Assembly: GCA_910586205.1 (NCBI GenBank)
Contig: CAJUGD010000014.1
Location: forward strand, 22,900 to 86,899
Direction: 5' to 3'
Length of the DNA: 64,000 nucleotides
Source of the DNA: an uncultured Lachnospiraceae bacterium
Lineage (GTDB): Bacteria > Bacillota > Clostridia > Lachnospirales > Lachnospiraceae
The position numbers and the translations under genes were made by a program. A model generated the notes under the pieces. That model had not been told where the DNA came from. It saw only the letters and a list, made by a program, of their open reading frames with translations, and did no database searches. This document shows, piece after piece, positions 9,596 through 18,553 of the stretch (positions within the stretch are counted from its first letter, which is position 1; each line of letters opens with the position of its first letter).

Positions 9596-10609
9596 ATGTT
9601 AAGAGCAATGGATGCAGCGGTGGCAGGTCTTCGGGCCCACCAGAATAAGATGGACGTAGTAGGTCATAATATTGCAAACGTAAATACATTTGGATTTAAA
9701 GCACAGACATATACATTTAAAGAGGCAATGTATCAGACATCCACAGCCTCCACAGGCGGTTCAGCAGGCGCTAACGGTTCAGCAGGCGCTAACGTGGCAC
9801 AGTATGGTTATGGTGCTTTGATGGGAACGATTGGCATGGATATGACAGCCAGCACGCCGACTTATGTAGGTGGGTTTAATGCCAGTATCAGCGGAGACGG
9901 CTTCTTTATGGTAAAACCAATTAAAACCACGGCTGCTGCTAATTCAGACGGAGTTAAGACGAACGAGTTTTTGTTTACCAGAGTCGGGCAGTTTACATTG
10001 GATAATAACGGTTATGTGGTAGACGGAGATCAGAACTTTGTTTATGGTTTTTATCCGGAGGAAGATGGAGATGGGTATAAGACGACAGGTGATAATGCTT
10101 TAGTGCCGCTGCGTATGCCTACATTAGCAGAGCTTCAAGCCGGATTAGGTACAACGGATGGAGTGAATCCGACATTTAACGCGACTACCTATCCAAGTTC
10201 CAGCGACGCAGACCCTGCCAATCATCCGCTGATATCCAAAAAGGTTTCTATAAACAGCGCCGGGGATATTTCAGTGACTGCCGAATATGAGGTTGGCGGC
10301 AAGAAAGAAACAAAAACCTTCTCTCTTGGCGCAGTTGCAGTTGCTACCTTCCAGAACCCCAACGGTGTGACGAAATCAGGCGGCAACTACTATACAACCA
10401 GCAAAAACGATAATGCAGGTAATGCGTCGGCAGGTATTCCGGGCGGTGTTAACCCGGCTCTTATGACCGGTTATGTAGAAGCCTCCAACGTAGACTTAGC
10501 CAAGGAGTTTGCTGACATGATCACCACCCACAGAGGTTTCCAGTCCAATACCAAGATGATCACAGTATCTGATGAGATGCTTTCCGACTTAGTAGCCATG
10601 AAGCGGTAA
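9596..10609 (+). CDS. flgE: Flagellar hook protein FlgE
   Basis: N-terminal MLRAMDAAVAGLRAHQNKMDVVGHNIANVNTFGFK. C-terminal ...LAKEFADMITTHRGFQSNTKMITVSDEML.... ATG 9596 chosen inside the longer ORF. Confidence 0.85.
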   Translation: MLRAMDAAVAGLRAHQNKMDVVGHNIANVNTFGFKAQTYTFKEAMYQTSTASTGGSAGANGSAGANVAQYGYGALMGTIGMDMTASTPTYVGGFNASISGDGFFMVKPIKTTAAANSDGVKTNEFLFTRVGQFTLDNNGYVVDGDQNFVYGFYPEEDGDGYKTTGDNALVPLRMPTLAELQAGLGTTDGVNPTFNATTYPSSSDADPANHPLISKKVSINSAGDISVTAEYEVGGKKETKTFSLGAVAVATFQNPNGVTKSGGNYYTTSKNDNAGNASAGIPGGVNPALMTGYVEASNVDLAKEFADMITTHRGFQSNTKMITVSDEMLSDLVAMKR

Positions 10610-10852
10610 GGATAATATAGCAGCACAAGGATTTGCATGATAAAATAAAAAGCAATGACCAGTTAAGGAAAGAATAACGGGTAACAGACCATGAGTATGA
10701 GAAGGCGGCTAGCCAGCGAGAACCAGAAAATAATGGATCGCGCCCGCAAAGCAAGAAAAGAAAGAATATTTGGAGACAAGAGCAGCCACGGCCGTCGTGG
10801 CTACTCTTCCGGTGAAGCAGACAATCAGGTGGGAGACAAGGAAGGAAAAGGG

Positions 10853-11053
10853 ATGGTTAAGGTAGTTCGTTTAAATGGAGAAGAAATTTATCTGAACATG
10901 CTTCAGATTGAGTCAATGGAATTGATACCAGAGACAAAGGTAAAGATGATGAACGGGGATTTTTATTTGCTGAGAGATTCGGCAGAGTCCATTATGGACC
11001 AAATCCGTGCGTTTATCAAAAGCTGTGTTGTCTTTGAGGACAAAGGAAAATAA
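10853..11053 (+). CDS. flbD: Flagellar protein FlbD
   Basis: 66 aa, MVKVVRLNGEEIYLNMLQIESMELIPETKVKMMNGDFYLLRDSAESIM..., a typical FlbD. ATG 10853 follows RBS GAAGGAAAAGGG. Precedes motA. Confidence 0.8.
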   Translation: MVKVVRLNGEEIYLNMLQIESMELIPETKVKMMNGDFYLLRDSAESIMDQIRAFIKSCVVFEDKGK

Positions 11054-11086
11054 GCGTATTCGGAGTGAATTTAGGAGGAAAATAAA

Positions 11087-11899
11087 ATGGATTTGACAAC
11101 GCTTATTGGTATATTGATGGCACTCGGGCTGTGCGTGTGGGGAATTGGAGTGGATAAGATAGGCAACTTTATTGACCCGCAAAGCCTTGCAATCGTTATC
11201 GGCGGTACTGTTGCAGCGATTACGGCAAGTTATCCTTTAAGGATTCTTCTGGATATACCAAAGCATATTATGGTACTGTTTCGAGGGAAAAAATTCAATA
11301 TTCCCAAGTTGGTGGATCAGCTTGTAGACTTGGCTATGTTAGCCAGGCAGAGCGGACTTCTGGCCCTGGAGGAAAAGGCGGAGGAGATCAAAGATCCTTT
11401 CCTGAAACAGAGTGTGCTGATGATTGTGGATGCCAGTGATCCGGATAAAGTGCGGGAGATGCTGGAAAAGCAGATGGACGATATGATCGCAAGACATGAC
11501 GAAGCGGCAGGACTTTATGAGAAGGCTTCCGCTTATGCTCCTGCTTTCGGTATGATCGGAACGCTGATCGGTCTGATTAACATGTTGAAAGGACTGAACT
11601 TAGACGGAGGCGGAGGCGCCAGCAGCCTGGGCGCGGATATGTCAGTTGCGTTGATTACAACCTTTTACGGCAGTGGACTTGCCAATATATTCTGCCAGCC
11701 TGTAGCAAAGAAGCTGAGGGTGAGAGAGGCAGAGGAGGAGCTTTACTGCTCCACGGTGATTGAGGGGCTTATGGGTATTCAGGCAGGCGAGAATCCCAAG
11801 ATGCTGCGGGAGCATCTGTTGTCTTGTATGAAACAGTCCCAGCAGAAGAAGCTTCTTTTGAAGGCTGAAAAGTCTGGCGGCGGAGGTGCAGAAGGTTAA
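11087..11899 (+). CDS. motA: Flagellar stator protein MotA
   Basis: 270 aa with four TM segments and a MotA/TolQ/ExbB channel region (...APAFGMIGTLIGLINML...). Confidence 0.9.
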   Translation: MDLTTLIGILMALGLCVWGIGVDKIGNFIDPQSLAIVIGGTVAAITASYPLRILLDIPKHIMVLFRGKKFNIPKLVDQLVDLAMLARQSGLLALEEKAEEIKDPFLKQSVLMIVDASDPDKVREMLEKQMDDMIARHDEAAGLYEKASAYAPAFGMIGTLIGLINMLKGLNLDGGGGASSLGADMSVALITTFYGSGLANIFCQPVAKKLRVREAEEELYCSTVIEGLMGIQAGENPKMLREHLLSCMKQSQQKKLLLKAEKSGGGGAEG

Positions 11900-12861
11900 T
11901 GAGCAGGAGAAAAAAAGGCGGCGGCGGAGAAGACTGCGGAAGCTGGATGGATACATATGGCGACATGGTTACACTGCTTTTGTGTTTCTTTGTCATGCTG
12001 TATTCCATGTCAAGCTTAGATCAGCAGAAGTGGGAGATATTCGTTAAAAGTGTATTTCCTAATTCAAATGAGGATCAGCAGATCGCCATTAACGAAAATA
12101 TACTGGAGGGCGAGTTTGACGTCTCGGGAAACTTGGAGATGGAGGAAGAATTGGATGATCTGGATAAGCTCTGGATTGCCCTTCAGAAAAAGCTGGAGGA
12201 AAAGGGCCTTGCAGAAGGCGTCAGTATGAACAAAGGGGATGGATATGCTTTTATTTCCTTTGAGAATCATGCGTTTTTTGCCGGGGACAGTTCTCAGCTT
12301 ACCAGGGAGGCCCTTGAAGTGCTGGATGTATTCTGCGAATCAATAGAGCCTCAGATTGACTCTTTTGCGCAGATTGAGGTTTTAGGACACACGGCCCAGG
12401 GAAATCCCAATGAACGGAATGATCCCCACACAGACCGTCTCCTTTCGGCCACGCGCGCGGCAGAGGTGGTGGCCTATATCCAGAAAAAAGAAATTATGGA
12501 TCCCAGCAAGCTGATTGGAATCAGCTACGGACAGAACCGTCCGGTAGACACCTTTGAGACCAGTGAAGGCAGGGCGAGAAACCGGAGGGTGGAATTTTTG
12601 ATCATCAACAATGGGGCTGATATTAAGACGATGAATGAGCTTTATGATGAGGTCAATGGTGTGAACAATGAGGACACTTCTGCTCCGGATGGGTTTACGG
12701 AAGCAGGAAACAGCATGGAAGGGTCGGCCAGTATGGTGCAGCCGGATACTCCCGGCGGAGAAGGACAGCCGGCTCCGGAGGGGGCTGAGCTTGCTCCGGC
12801 TGAAGCAGCAGAGCCGGCAGGTCAGGCTGCGGACGGTATGGTTGAACCTGCAGCGGAATAA
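11899..12861 (+). CDS. motB: Flagellar stator protein MotB (OmpA-like C-domain)
   Basis: TAATG overlap with motA. N-terminal ...WMDTYGDMVTLLLCFFVMLYSMS... carries the conserved plug/TM Asp. OmpA-like ...NRPVDTFETSEGRARNRRVEFLI.... Pro/Ala/Glu-rich tail. Confidence 0.85.
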   Translation: MSRRKKGGGGEDCGSWMDTYGDMVTLLLCFFVMLYSMSSLDQQKWEIFVKSVFPNSNEDQQIAINENILEGEFDVSGNLEMEEELDDLDKLWIALQKKLEEKGLAEGVSMNKGDGYAFISFENHAFFAGDSSQLTREALEVLDVFCESIEPQIDSFAQIEVLGHTAQGNPNERNDPHTDRLLSATRAAEVVAYIQKKEIMDPSKLIGISYGQNRPVDTFETSEGRARNRRVEFLIINNGADIKTMNELYDEVNGVNNEDTSAPDGFTEAGNSMEGSASMVQPDTPGGEGQPAPEGAELAPAEAAEPAGQAADGMVEPAAE

Positions 12862-12887
12862 CAATTGAGAAAAGGTGGCGTTTTAAA

Positions 12888-14009
12888 ATGGCAGACGTAT
12901 TATCCCAAAGTCAGATAGATGCACTTTTAAAGTCCATGCAGGGTGGCGGAGGTGACGACAGCAGCAGTAGTACTACCCCTGCACAGCCGGAGCAGAAGAC
13001 GGCGGTTGTGCAGGAGGAAAAGAAAAAGCCGGAAACACCAGAGATCAAATACAGTAAATATGATTTTTACAGTCCCAGAAAGTTTACTAAGGATAAGATG
13101 AAAATCCTGAACAGTGTGTTCGAGAACTATGCGAGGATTATTACCTCTCAGGTCAACGGCGTGTTCAGGGTTATGACCGATATCACGGTGATGGAGGTTC
13201 AGGAACGGCGTTATTATGAATTTGTAAACTCTCTGAATGAAAACGATGTGATTACCCTGGTTAATGCCAGTGTGGAGAACTACAGCAGAAAACTGGTGCC
13301 TTTGATGATGTATGTGACACCAGGGCTGGTGATCACACTTGTGGATCGTATGCTGGGCGGAGAGGAGACAGTGGTAAAGGTAAAGGACGGATACCGATAT
13401 TCCGATGTGGAGACAGCCTTATACCGCAGAATCTTAAACCAGTTGATTCACGCATTAAAAGACGGCTTTGCCAGCTACATAAATGTGAATTTCGAGGCTA
13501 TCCGGATTGAGGAGAATCCCACCATGATGCAGGATGTAGGTCTGGATGAGACAGTAGCCATCATCCATCTGAACGTGGATGTGACCGGACTTGCAGTAGA
13601 GAGGATTCGGATTTGTATGCCGGGAACCTTGTTAGAGGCTATGTTCCAGGTATTAGACAGCCACAGACATCTGGCGAAGGGTTATTCTTATGAAGATAAC
13701 CGGGATACCATTCTGGAGAATATTCGTCAGTCCCAGCTTCCCATTACAGGACAGCTTGGGAGAGTGTCTCTTGATCTGGATGATGTATATCATCTAAAAG
13801 TGGGCGATGTGATTGACATGAATAAGCCCAAGGACAAAGAGGTCACACTATATGTGGGCAGGCAGGCATGGTTTACCGGAAAGATGGGTATTTATAAAAA
13901 GAATGTGGCAATCCGTATTAACCGGAGGATCCACGGAGAAGAAGACCAGGAAGAACCGGACGGTTTGGAGGACTCGGAAGAAGAACTTCTTTTGGCCGGA
14001 GACCAGTAA
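12888..14009 (+). CDS. fliM: Flagellar motor switch protein FliM
   Basis: 373 aa. N-terminal CheY-P binding motif MADVLSQSQIDALL. FliM middle domain and SpoA-like C-domain. Confidence 0.9.
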   Translation: MADVLSQSQIDALLKSMQGGGGDDSSSSTTPAQPEQKTAVVQEEKKKPETPEIKYSKYDFYSPRKFTKDKMKILNSVFENYARIITSQVNGVFRVMTDITVMEVQERRYYEFVNSLNENDVITLVNASVENYSRKLVPLMMYVTPGLVITLVDRMLGGEETVVKVKDGYRYSDVETALYRRILNQLIHALKDGFASYINVNFEAIRIEENPTMMQDVGLDETVAIIHLNVDVTGLAVERIRICMPGTLLEAMFQVLDSHRHLAKGYSYEDNRDTILENIRQSQLPITGQLGRVSLDLDDVYHLKVGDVIDMNKPKDKEVTLYVGRQAWFTGKMGIYKKNVAIRINRRIHGEEDQEEPDGLEDSEEELLLAGDQ

Positions 14010-14118
14010 GTCTTATGGCTCTCACACAGGAGAGGGCCATATCATAAAACAGGATAAGAGGTTACTGTATTTTCAGTAACATCATATATTATTATTTTAA
14101 TAAAGAGAGGGGAACACA

Positions 14119-14481
14119 ATGGCTAAGATTATGTTGGTTGATGACGCCGCGTTTATGAGGATGATGGTTAAGAATGCCTTGACAAAAAGCGGGTATGATA
14201 ATTTTGTAGAGGCACAGGACGGGGCGGAAGCAGTAAAGAAGTACGAGGAAGAAAATCCCGATATGGTGATCATGGATATCACAATGCCTAATATGGATGG
14301 TTTGCAGGCATTAAAGAAGATCCGTGAGAGCCATCCGGACGCAAAGATCGTAATGTGTACGGCTATGGGTCAGGAGGGCATGGTTGTGGATGCAATCAAG
14401 TCCGGCGCCAAGGATTTTATCGTAAAGCCTTTTAATGCAGACCGCATTGTTCAGACTGTCAATACTATTTTAGGGCAGTAG
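14119..14481 (+). CDS. cheY: Chemotaxis response regulator CheY
   Basis: 120-aa single receiver domain with DD...D(57-like)...T...K residues (MLVDDAAFMR...IMDITMPNMDG...KPF). Confidence 0.9.
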   Translation: MAKIMLVDDAAFMRMMVKNALTKSGYDNFVEAQDGAEAVKKYEEENPDMVIMDITMPNMDGLQALKKIRESHPDAKIVMCTAMGQEGMVVDAIKSGAKDFIVKPFNADRIVQTVNTILGQ

Positions 14482-14505
14482 TCTTTCGGGCAGGAGGAAG
14501 GAAAC

Positions 14506-14955
14506 ATGGCTTTTTTAAGTTCTTTTGATATTAGTGCGTCAGCGCTCAGCGCTCAGCGTGTCCGCATGGACATTGCGGCGGAGAATATTGCCAATATCGA
14601 TAGTACCAGAACAGAGGGAGGCGGCGCATACCGGAGGAAGGATGTGCTCTTTGAAAGCTTCGGGGCAGGATCCTTTAAAGAAGCCCTCCGCAATGCTTCT
14701 ATGGGCAAGGGTTTTGCAGGCAGAAATGCAGGAGTGCGTGTCGCCGGAATTATAGAAGATGATCGGGAGATGAAGCAGGTATACAATCCAGGACATCCGG
14801 ATGCTGACGAGAATGGCTTTGTGACATTACCTAATGTGGATCTTCTGAAGGAAACCGTGGACAGTATGTCTGCTACCAGGTCTTATGAGGCCAATGTTAC
14901 AGCGTTGAATGCAATGAAGCTGATGGCGCAGAAAGCGCTAGAGATTGGTAAATAA
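14506..14955 (+). CDS. flgC: Flagellar basal-body rod protein FlgC
   Basis: 149 aa. ...ISASALSAQRVRMDIAAENIANIDSTRT... and C-terminal ...YNPGHPDADENGFVTLPNVDLLKETVDSMSATRSYEANV... are FlgC hallmarks. Confidence 0.9.
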   Translation: MAFLSSFDISASALSAQRVRMDIAAENIANIDSTRTEGGGAYRRKDVLFESFGAGSFKEALRNASMGKGFAGRNAGVRVAGIIEDDREMKQVYNPGHPDADENGFVTLPNVDLLKETVDSMSATRSYEANVTALNAMKLMAQKALEIGK

Positions 14956-14997
14956 TGTTTAGCGCATTGAAAAATTAGGGTAAAAGGAGATTGAAAA

Positions 14998-16308
14998 ATG
15001 GGCGCTAACAGCTTTAATGAGATGGAACTGGACGCCATAGGCGAGATAATGAATATCAGCTTGGGTGCTTCGGCGACGGCAGTTTCCACAATGCTGGGCA
15101 CCAAAGTAAATATCACCACACCAGTAGTGCTGGTTCAGTCACGGGAGGAGTTTGAGTTTAAAAGGCTGGAGCCGGCTATTGGTGTTGTGATCGATTACGT
15201 GGAAGGGCTGGACGGTAAGAATATAATGATGTTCCGGAAGGAAGATATCCGGATCATTGTGGGAACCATGATGGGAGAAGATCCGCCTGCCGATGCCTTT
15301 GAGATGATGGATGAACTGTATATCAGCGCCATCTGTGAGGTTATGAATCAGATGATGGGATCTTCAGCTACCGCTTTGTCGGAGTTTTTAGGTACCATTG
15401 TAAATATATCCACACCAAAATCTTTTGAAGTGGGTGAGCCGGAGGAGTTTAAGGATACGTATTTTACGGAAGAATCCGGCATGGTAATTGTGCGCTTCCG
15501 GCTGGAGATCGAGAATAAGCTCAACAGTGAGTTTATGAACTTGATGCCCATTAAGTTAGCGAAGCGTCTTTTGGAGCCTTTTGCAGATTCTTTAGGAGAG
15601 GGAGGGGGAGACGAGACACCTGCAACAGAGCCTCAGCCAGCACCTGCGGCGCCTCAGCCGGTGCCTGCCGCGCAGCCTGCGCCAGAGCCAGCACCAGCGG
15701 CGCCTCAGCCAATGCCGGCGGCACAGCCTGCACCAGAGCCAGTGCCTCAGCCTGTACCAGCGGCGCCCCAGCCGATGCCTGCCGCACAGCCTTTGCCAAT
15801 GCCTCAGCCGGATCCGGCGGCCATGCAGGCTATGCCGCAGCAGCCATATTATGCTTATCCGCCTGCAGGAGCAGATCCCATGATGCTTCAGCTTCTCAAT
15901 CAGATGCAGCAGACACAGATGCAGATGATGGAGATGATGAAGAATGTAAAGACACCGGATCATTCTTCTTCCGGGAGCGGAGGTTCTTCGATTATCCGTC
16001 CTTTGGCATCTCCTCAGATGCAGGATCAGGACGGCACAGGAGAGGAAGACAAGACCAATCAGGAGATGCTGATGAAGGTGCCGCTGGAAATCTCGGTGGA
16101 GATTGGCAGAACCAAACGTTTGGTAAAGGATATTTTGGAGTTTACCCAGGGAACACTGGTGGTTTTAGACAAGATGGCCGGAGAGCAGGTTGATTTGTTT
16201 GTCAATGGCCAGTGTATTGCAAGAGGCGATATTGTTGTGGTAGAGGATAACTTCGGAATCCGTGTGACAGAGATTGTATCCCGGGAACTGCATCCGGAAA
16301 TCCTGTAG
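14998..16308 (+). CDS. fliY: Flagellar motor switch phosphatase FliY (CheC-like N-region plus FliN/SpoA C-domain)
   Basis: 436 aa. Two CheC-type motifs (DAIGEIMNISLGASATA, ISAICEVMNQMMGSSATA). Long Pro/Ala linker. C-terminal FliN block ...LEISVEIGRTKRLVKDILEFTQGTLVVLDKMAGEQVDLFVNG... Confidence 0.85.
   Translation: MGANSFNEMELDAIGEIMNISLGASATAVSTMLGTKVNITTPVVLVQSREEFEFKRLEPAIGVVIDYVEGLDGKNIMMFRKEDIRIIVGTMMGEDPPADAFEMMDELYISAICEVMNQMMGSSATALSEFLGTIVNISTPKSFEVGEPEEFKDTYFTEESGMVIVRFRLEIENKLNSEFMNLMPIKLAKRLLEPFADSLGEGGGDETPATEPQPAPAAPQPVPAAQPAPEPAPAAPQPMPAAQPAPEPVPQPVPAAPQPMPAAQPLPMPQPDPAAMQAMPQQPYYAYPPAGADPMMLQLLNQMQQTQMQMMEMMKNVKTPDHSSSGSGGSSIIRPLASPQMQDQDGTGEEDKTNQEMLMKVPLEISVEIGRTKRLVKDILEFTQGTLVVLDKMAGEQVDLFVNGQCIARGDIVVVEDNFGIRVTEIVSRELHPEIL
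15646..15810 (+). repeat. In-frame 51-bp (17-aa) tandem repeat encoding the Pro/Ala-rich FliY linker
   Basis: AAPQPVPAAQPAPEPAP, then AAPQPMPAAQPAPEPVP, then a QPVP spacer, then AAPQPMPAAQPLPMPQP. Read directly from the sequence in the fliY frame. Confidence 0.85.
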
Positions 16309-16317
16309 GGCAGAGGA

Positions 16318-16692
16318 ATGATGGAATATCTCACATTGTTTCGTTCGGTTCTGACGGTTGCGGCAGTATTGATTCTTACCTGGTGGTGCAGCCGCTTGTT
16401 GGGAAAGCAGTGGGTAATGAAAGCATCCCCTGCTTCCGGACATATCCGGCTTATAGAACAGCTTCAGGTAGGACAGGACAAGCGAATCCTTCTTTTAAAA
16501 GTAGGGGAGGAGCATTATCTGGTAGGAGTCAGCCAGGCGGGAGTCCAGCTTCTGTCAAAGGTGGAAGGAACCTTTGAAAAAGCGGACGAGCCGGAAAATA
16601 TAAAACCACCTGTCAGTACAGGACTTCCTTTTTCAGATTTCGTAAGGAAACACTTGGAAGAGTTGCAAGAAAGGATGGGAGGAAAACCATGA
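16318..16692 (+). CDS. fliO: Flagellar biosynthesis protein FliO/FliZ
   Basis: 124 aa. Single N-terminal TM followed by ...IRLIEQLQVGQDKRILLLKVGEEHYLVGVSQAGVQLL.... Lies immediately upstream of fliP. Confidence 0.65.
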   Translation: MMEYLTLFRSVLTVAAVLILTWWCSRLLGKQWVMKASPASGHIRLIEQLQVGQDKRILLLKVGEEHYLVGVSQAGVQLLSKVEGTFEKADEPENIKPPVSTGLPFSDFVRKHLEELQERMGGKP

Positions 16693-16741
16693 ACAGCCTG
16701 CTGATCAGGCAAATGCCTATAGCAGAGGTGGGAGGAGAACC

Positions 16742-17398
16742 ATGAATGATCTTCTGACACAGTTAAACGGCGGGAGTGTTCCTACTCTGGAATTGATTTT
16801 TTTGACCACCCTTGTGGCTTTACTTCCCACCATTGTTATTATGATGACTTCTTTTACGAGAACGATCATCATTTTGTCGTTTACCAGGAATGCCATGGGT
16901 GTTCAGCAGGCTCCGCCTAATATGGTCCTGGTAGGCATTGCATTGTTTTTGACGCTGTATATTATGAGCCCGGTTATCAATCGAATCAATGACGAGGCAT
17001 ATCAGCCTTATGTGAATGAGGAGATCAGCCAGGAGGAGGCGCTTGAGCGAATGGTGGTTCCTTTAAAGGAGTTCATGCTGCGGAACACAGAGGTGAACAC
17101 TATGGAAACCTTTATCAATCTCTCCCGGACGCCGGTTCAGGAGAATCCTCAGGATTATCCTTTGACGGTGGTGGTGCCGGCATTTATGACAAGTGAGCTG
17201 AAAGCGGGATTTACAGCGGGATTTTTGATTTATCTGCCCTTTTTGCTGGTGGACATTATTGTATCTACCACGCTGATGTCCATGGGTATGGTAATGCTGC
17301 CTCCGGCTATGATTTCCATGCCGTTCAAGCTTTTGCTTTTTGTGACAGTGGATGGGTGGGAGCTTTTATTTTCCAGTATTGTACAGAGCTTTCGTTAG
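16742..17398 (+). CDS. fliP: Flagellar export apparatus protein FliP
   Basis: 218 aa. ...MTSFTRTIIILSFTRNAMGVQQAPPNMVLVGIALFLT... and ...GFLIYLPFLLVDIIVSTTLMSMGMVMLPP... are conserved FliP blocks. Confidence 0.95.
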   Translation: MNDLLTQLNGGSVPTLELIFLTTLVALLPTIVIMMTSFTRTIIILSFTRNAMGVQQAPPNMVLVGIALFLTLYIMSPVINRINDEAYQPYVNEEISQEEALERMVVPLKEFMLRNTEVNTMETFINLSRTPVQENPQDYPLTVVVPAFMTSELKAGFTAGFLIYLPFLLVDIIVSTTLMSMGMVMLPPAMISMPFKLLLFVTVDGWELLFSSIVQSFR

Positions 17399-17421
17399 AG
17401 ACATAGAAAGGAAAACGGTCT

Positions 17422-17685
17422 ATGGGTGATTTACAGGTTCTGGATATTATGTATCAGACATTTCAGCTTGCAGTGAGGCTGACTATGCCGTTTCTGCTGA
17501 CCAGTATGGTTGTGGGTGTGATCATTGCTATTTTTCAGGCAGCAACTCAAATCAATGAACAGACCTTGACCTTTGTGCCGAAGTTTCTTTCCATTTTGGC
17601 TATCATGGGATTTTTGGGAAGCACCATATTGACGATGCTGCAGGATTTTGTCAGACAGATGGCCGGATTGATTGCGGGAGGCTGA
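17422..17685 (+). CDS. fliQ: Flagellar export apparatus protein FliQ
   Basis: 87 aa, two TM segments, ...AIFQAATQINEQTLTFVPK... motif. Confidence 0.9.
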   Translation: MGDLQVLDIMYQTFQLAVRLTMPFLLTSMVVGVIIAIFQAATQINEQTLTFVPKFLSILAIMGFLGSTILTMLQDFVRQMAGLIAGG

Positions 17686-17691
17686 CGCTTC

Positions 17692-18444
17692 ATGTTTATT
17701 CTGTTCTCCTTGGTAGTGATGCGGATGAGCGGGGCTATTATCTTTAACCCCATCTTCGGCAGGACGAACTATCCCAGGGCGGCCAAGGGAGGATTGATTT
17801 TTTTCCTTTCTCTGATGCTGTTTGTGGGAGTGGACGGTACTCTTTCTCACCAGCCGGCAGGTATGATTGAGTATGGGGTTATGCTGGTGAAGGAGCTGTT
17901 GGTAGGTTTTGTGCTGGGATTTTCCATGGAGCTGACTTTTGCAATTGTCCGGTTTTCTTCAGCAGTGATGGACAATGTAATGGGACTTTCCATGGCGCAG
18001 GTTTATGACCCCCAATATAATACCCAGATGACCATTACTTCCGGTATTTATTATGCTTTTATAGCATTGATTTTTCTTGCCACAGACGGTCATGTACGGC
18101 TGATTGCCCTGTTTTTTTCGTCGGCAAGGCTGGTTCCCTTTGGGGAGGTGGTTCTGCGGCCGGAGCTTTCGGAGCTGATGCTGGAGATTTTTAAAACAAG
18201 TATTCTTACGGGATTTCAGTTTGCATTTCCTTTGGTGGCAATGGAGCTGGTGACAGAGGCGGCAGTCGGGATTTTGATGAGAATGATTCCTCAGATCAAT
18301 GTGTTTGCCGTTAATTTCCAGATCAAGATTGCGGTGGGCCTGATGATGCTTGTGTATCTGTTCAGCCCTATGGGAACCCGTATTTATGTGATGCTTGATG
18401 ATATGTTTTTGTATATGCAGCGGCTGATCATGCTGATGAGGTGA
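17692..18444 (+). CDS. fliR: Flagellar export apparatus protein FliR
   Basis: 250-aa polytopic membrane protein following fliQ. FliR-like ...GFVLGFSMELTFAIVRFSSAVMDNVMGLSMAQVYDP... Confidence 0.9.
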   Translation: MFILFSLVVMRMSGAIIFNPIFGRTNYPRAAKGGLIFFLSLMLFVGVDGTLSHQPAGMIEYGVMLVKELLVGFVLGFSMELTFAIVRFSSAVMDNVMGLSMAQVYDPQYNTQMTITSGIYYAFIALIFLATDGHVRLIALFFSSARLVPFGEVVLRPELSELMLEIFKTSILTGFQFAFPLVAMELVTEAAVGILMRMIPQINVFAVNFQIKIAVGLMMLVYLFSPMGTRIYVMLDDMFLYMQRLIMLMR

Positions 18445-18553
18445 CAGAAAAAGATAAAATATGATTTTGTCAGGAGATAAGCAGGTATCGGACGGGTAAG
18501 AAAGGGCTGTCTGGAAAAGGCGGCAGGGACTTGGCCTGGAATGACGGAAGGGA

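Noticed and set aside
10691-10852. 54-aa N-terminal extension of FlbD
   Set aside because: The extension is Arg/Lys/Gly-rich with no RBS at 10691. ATG 10853 has an RBS and yields a canonical ~66-aa FlbD.
11087-12861. MotA/MotB pair considered as Zorya-type ZorA/ZorB defence proteins
   Set aside because: The pair has normal stator size. It is embedded between flbD and fliM in the flagellar operon, and no ZorC/D/E-like partner is present.
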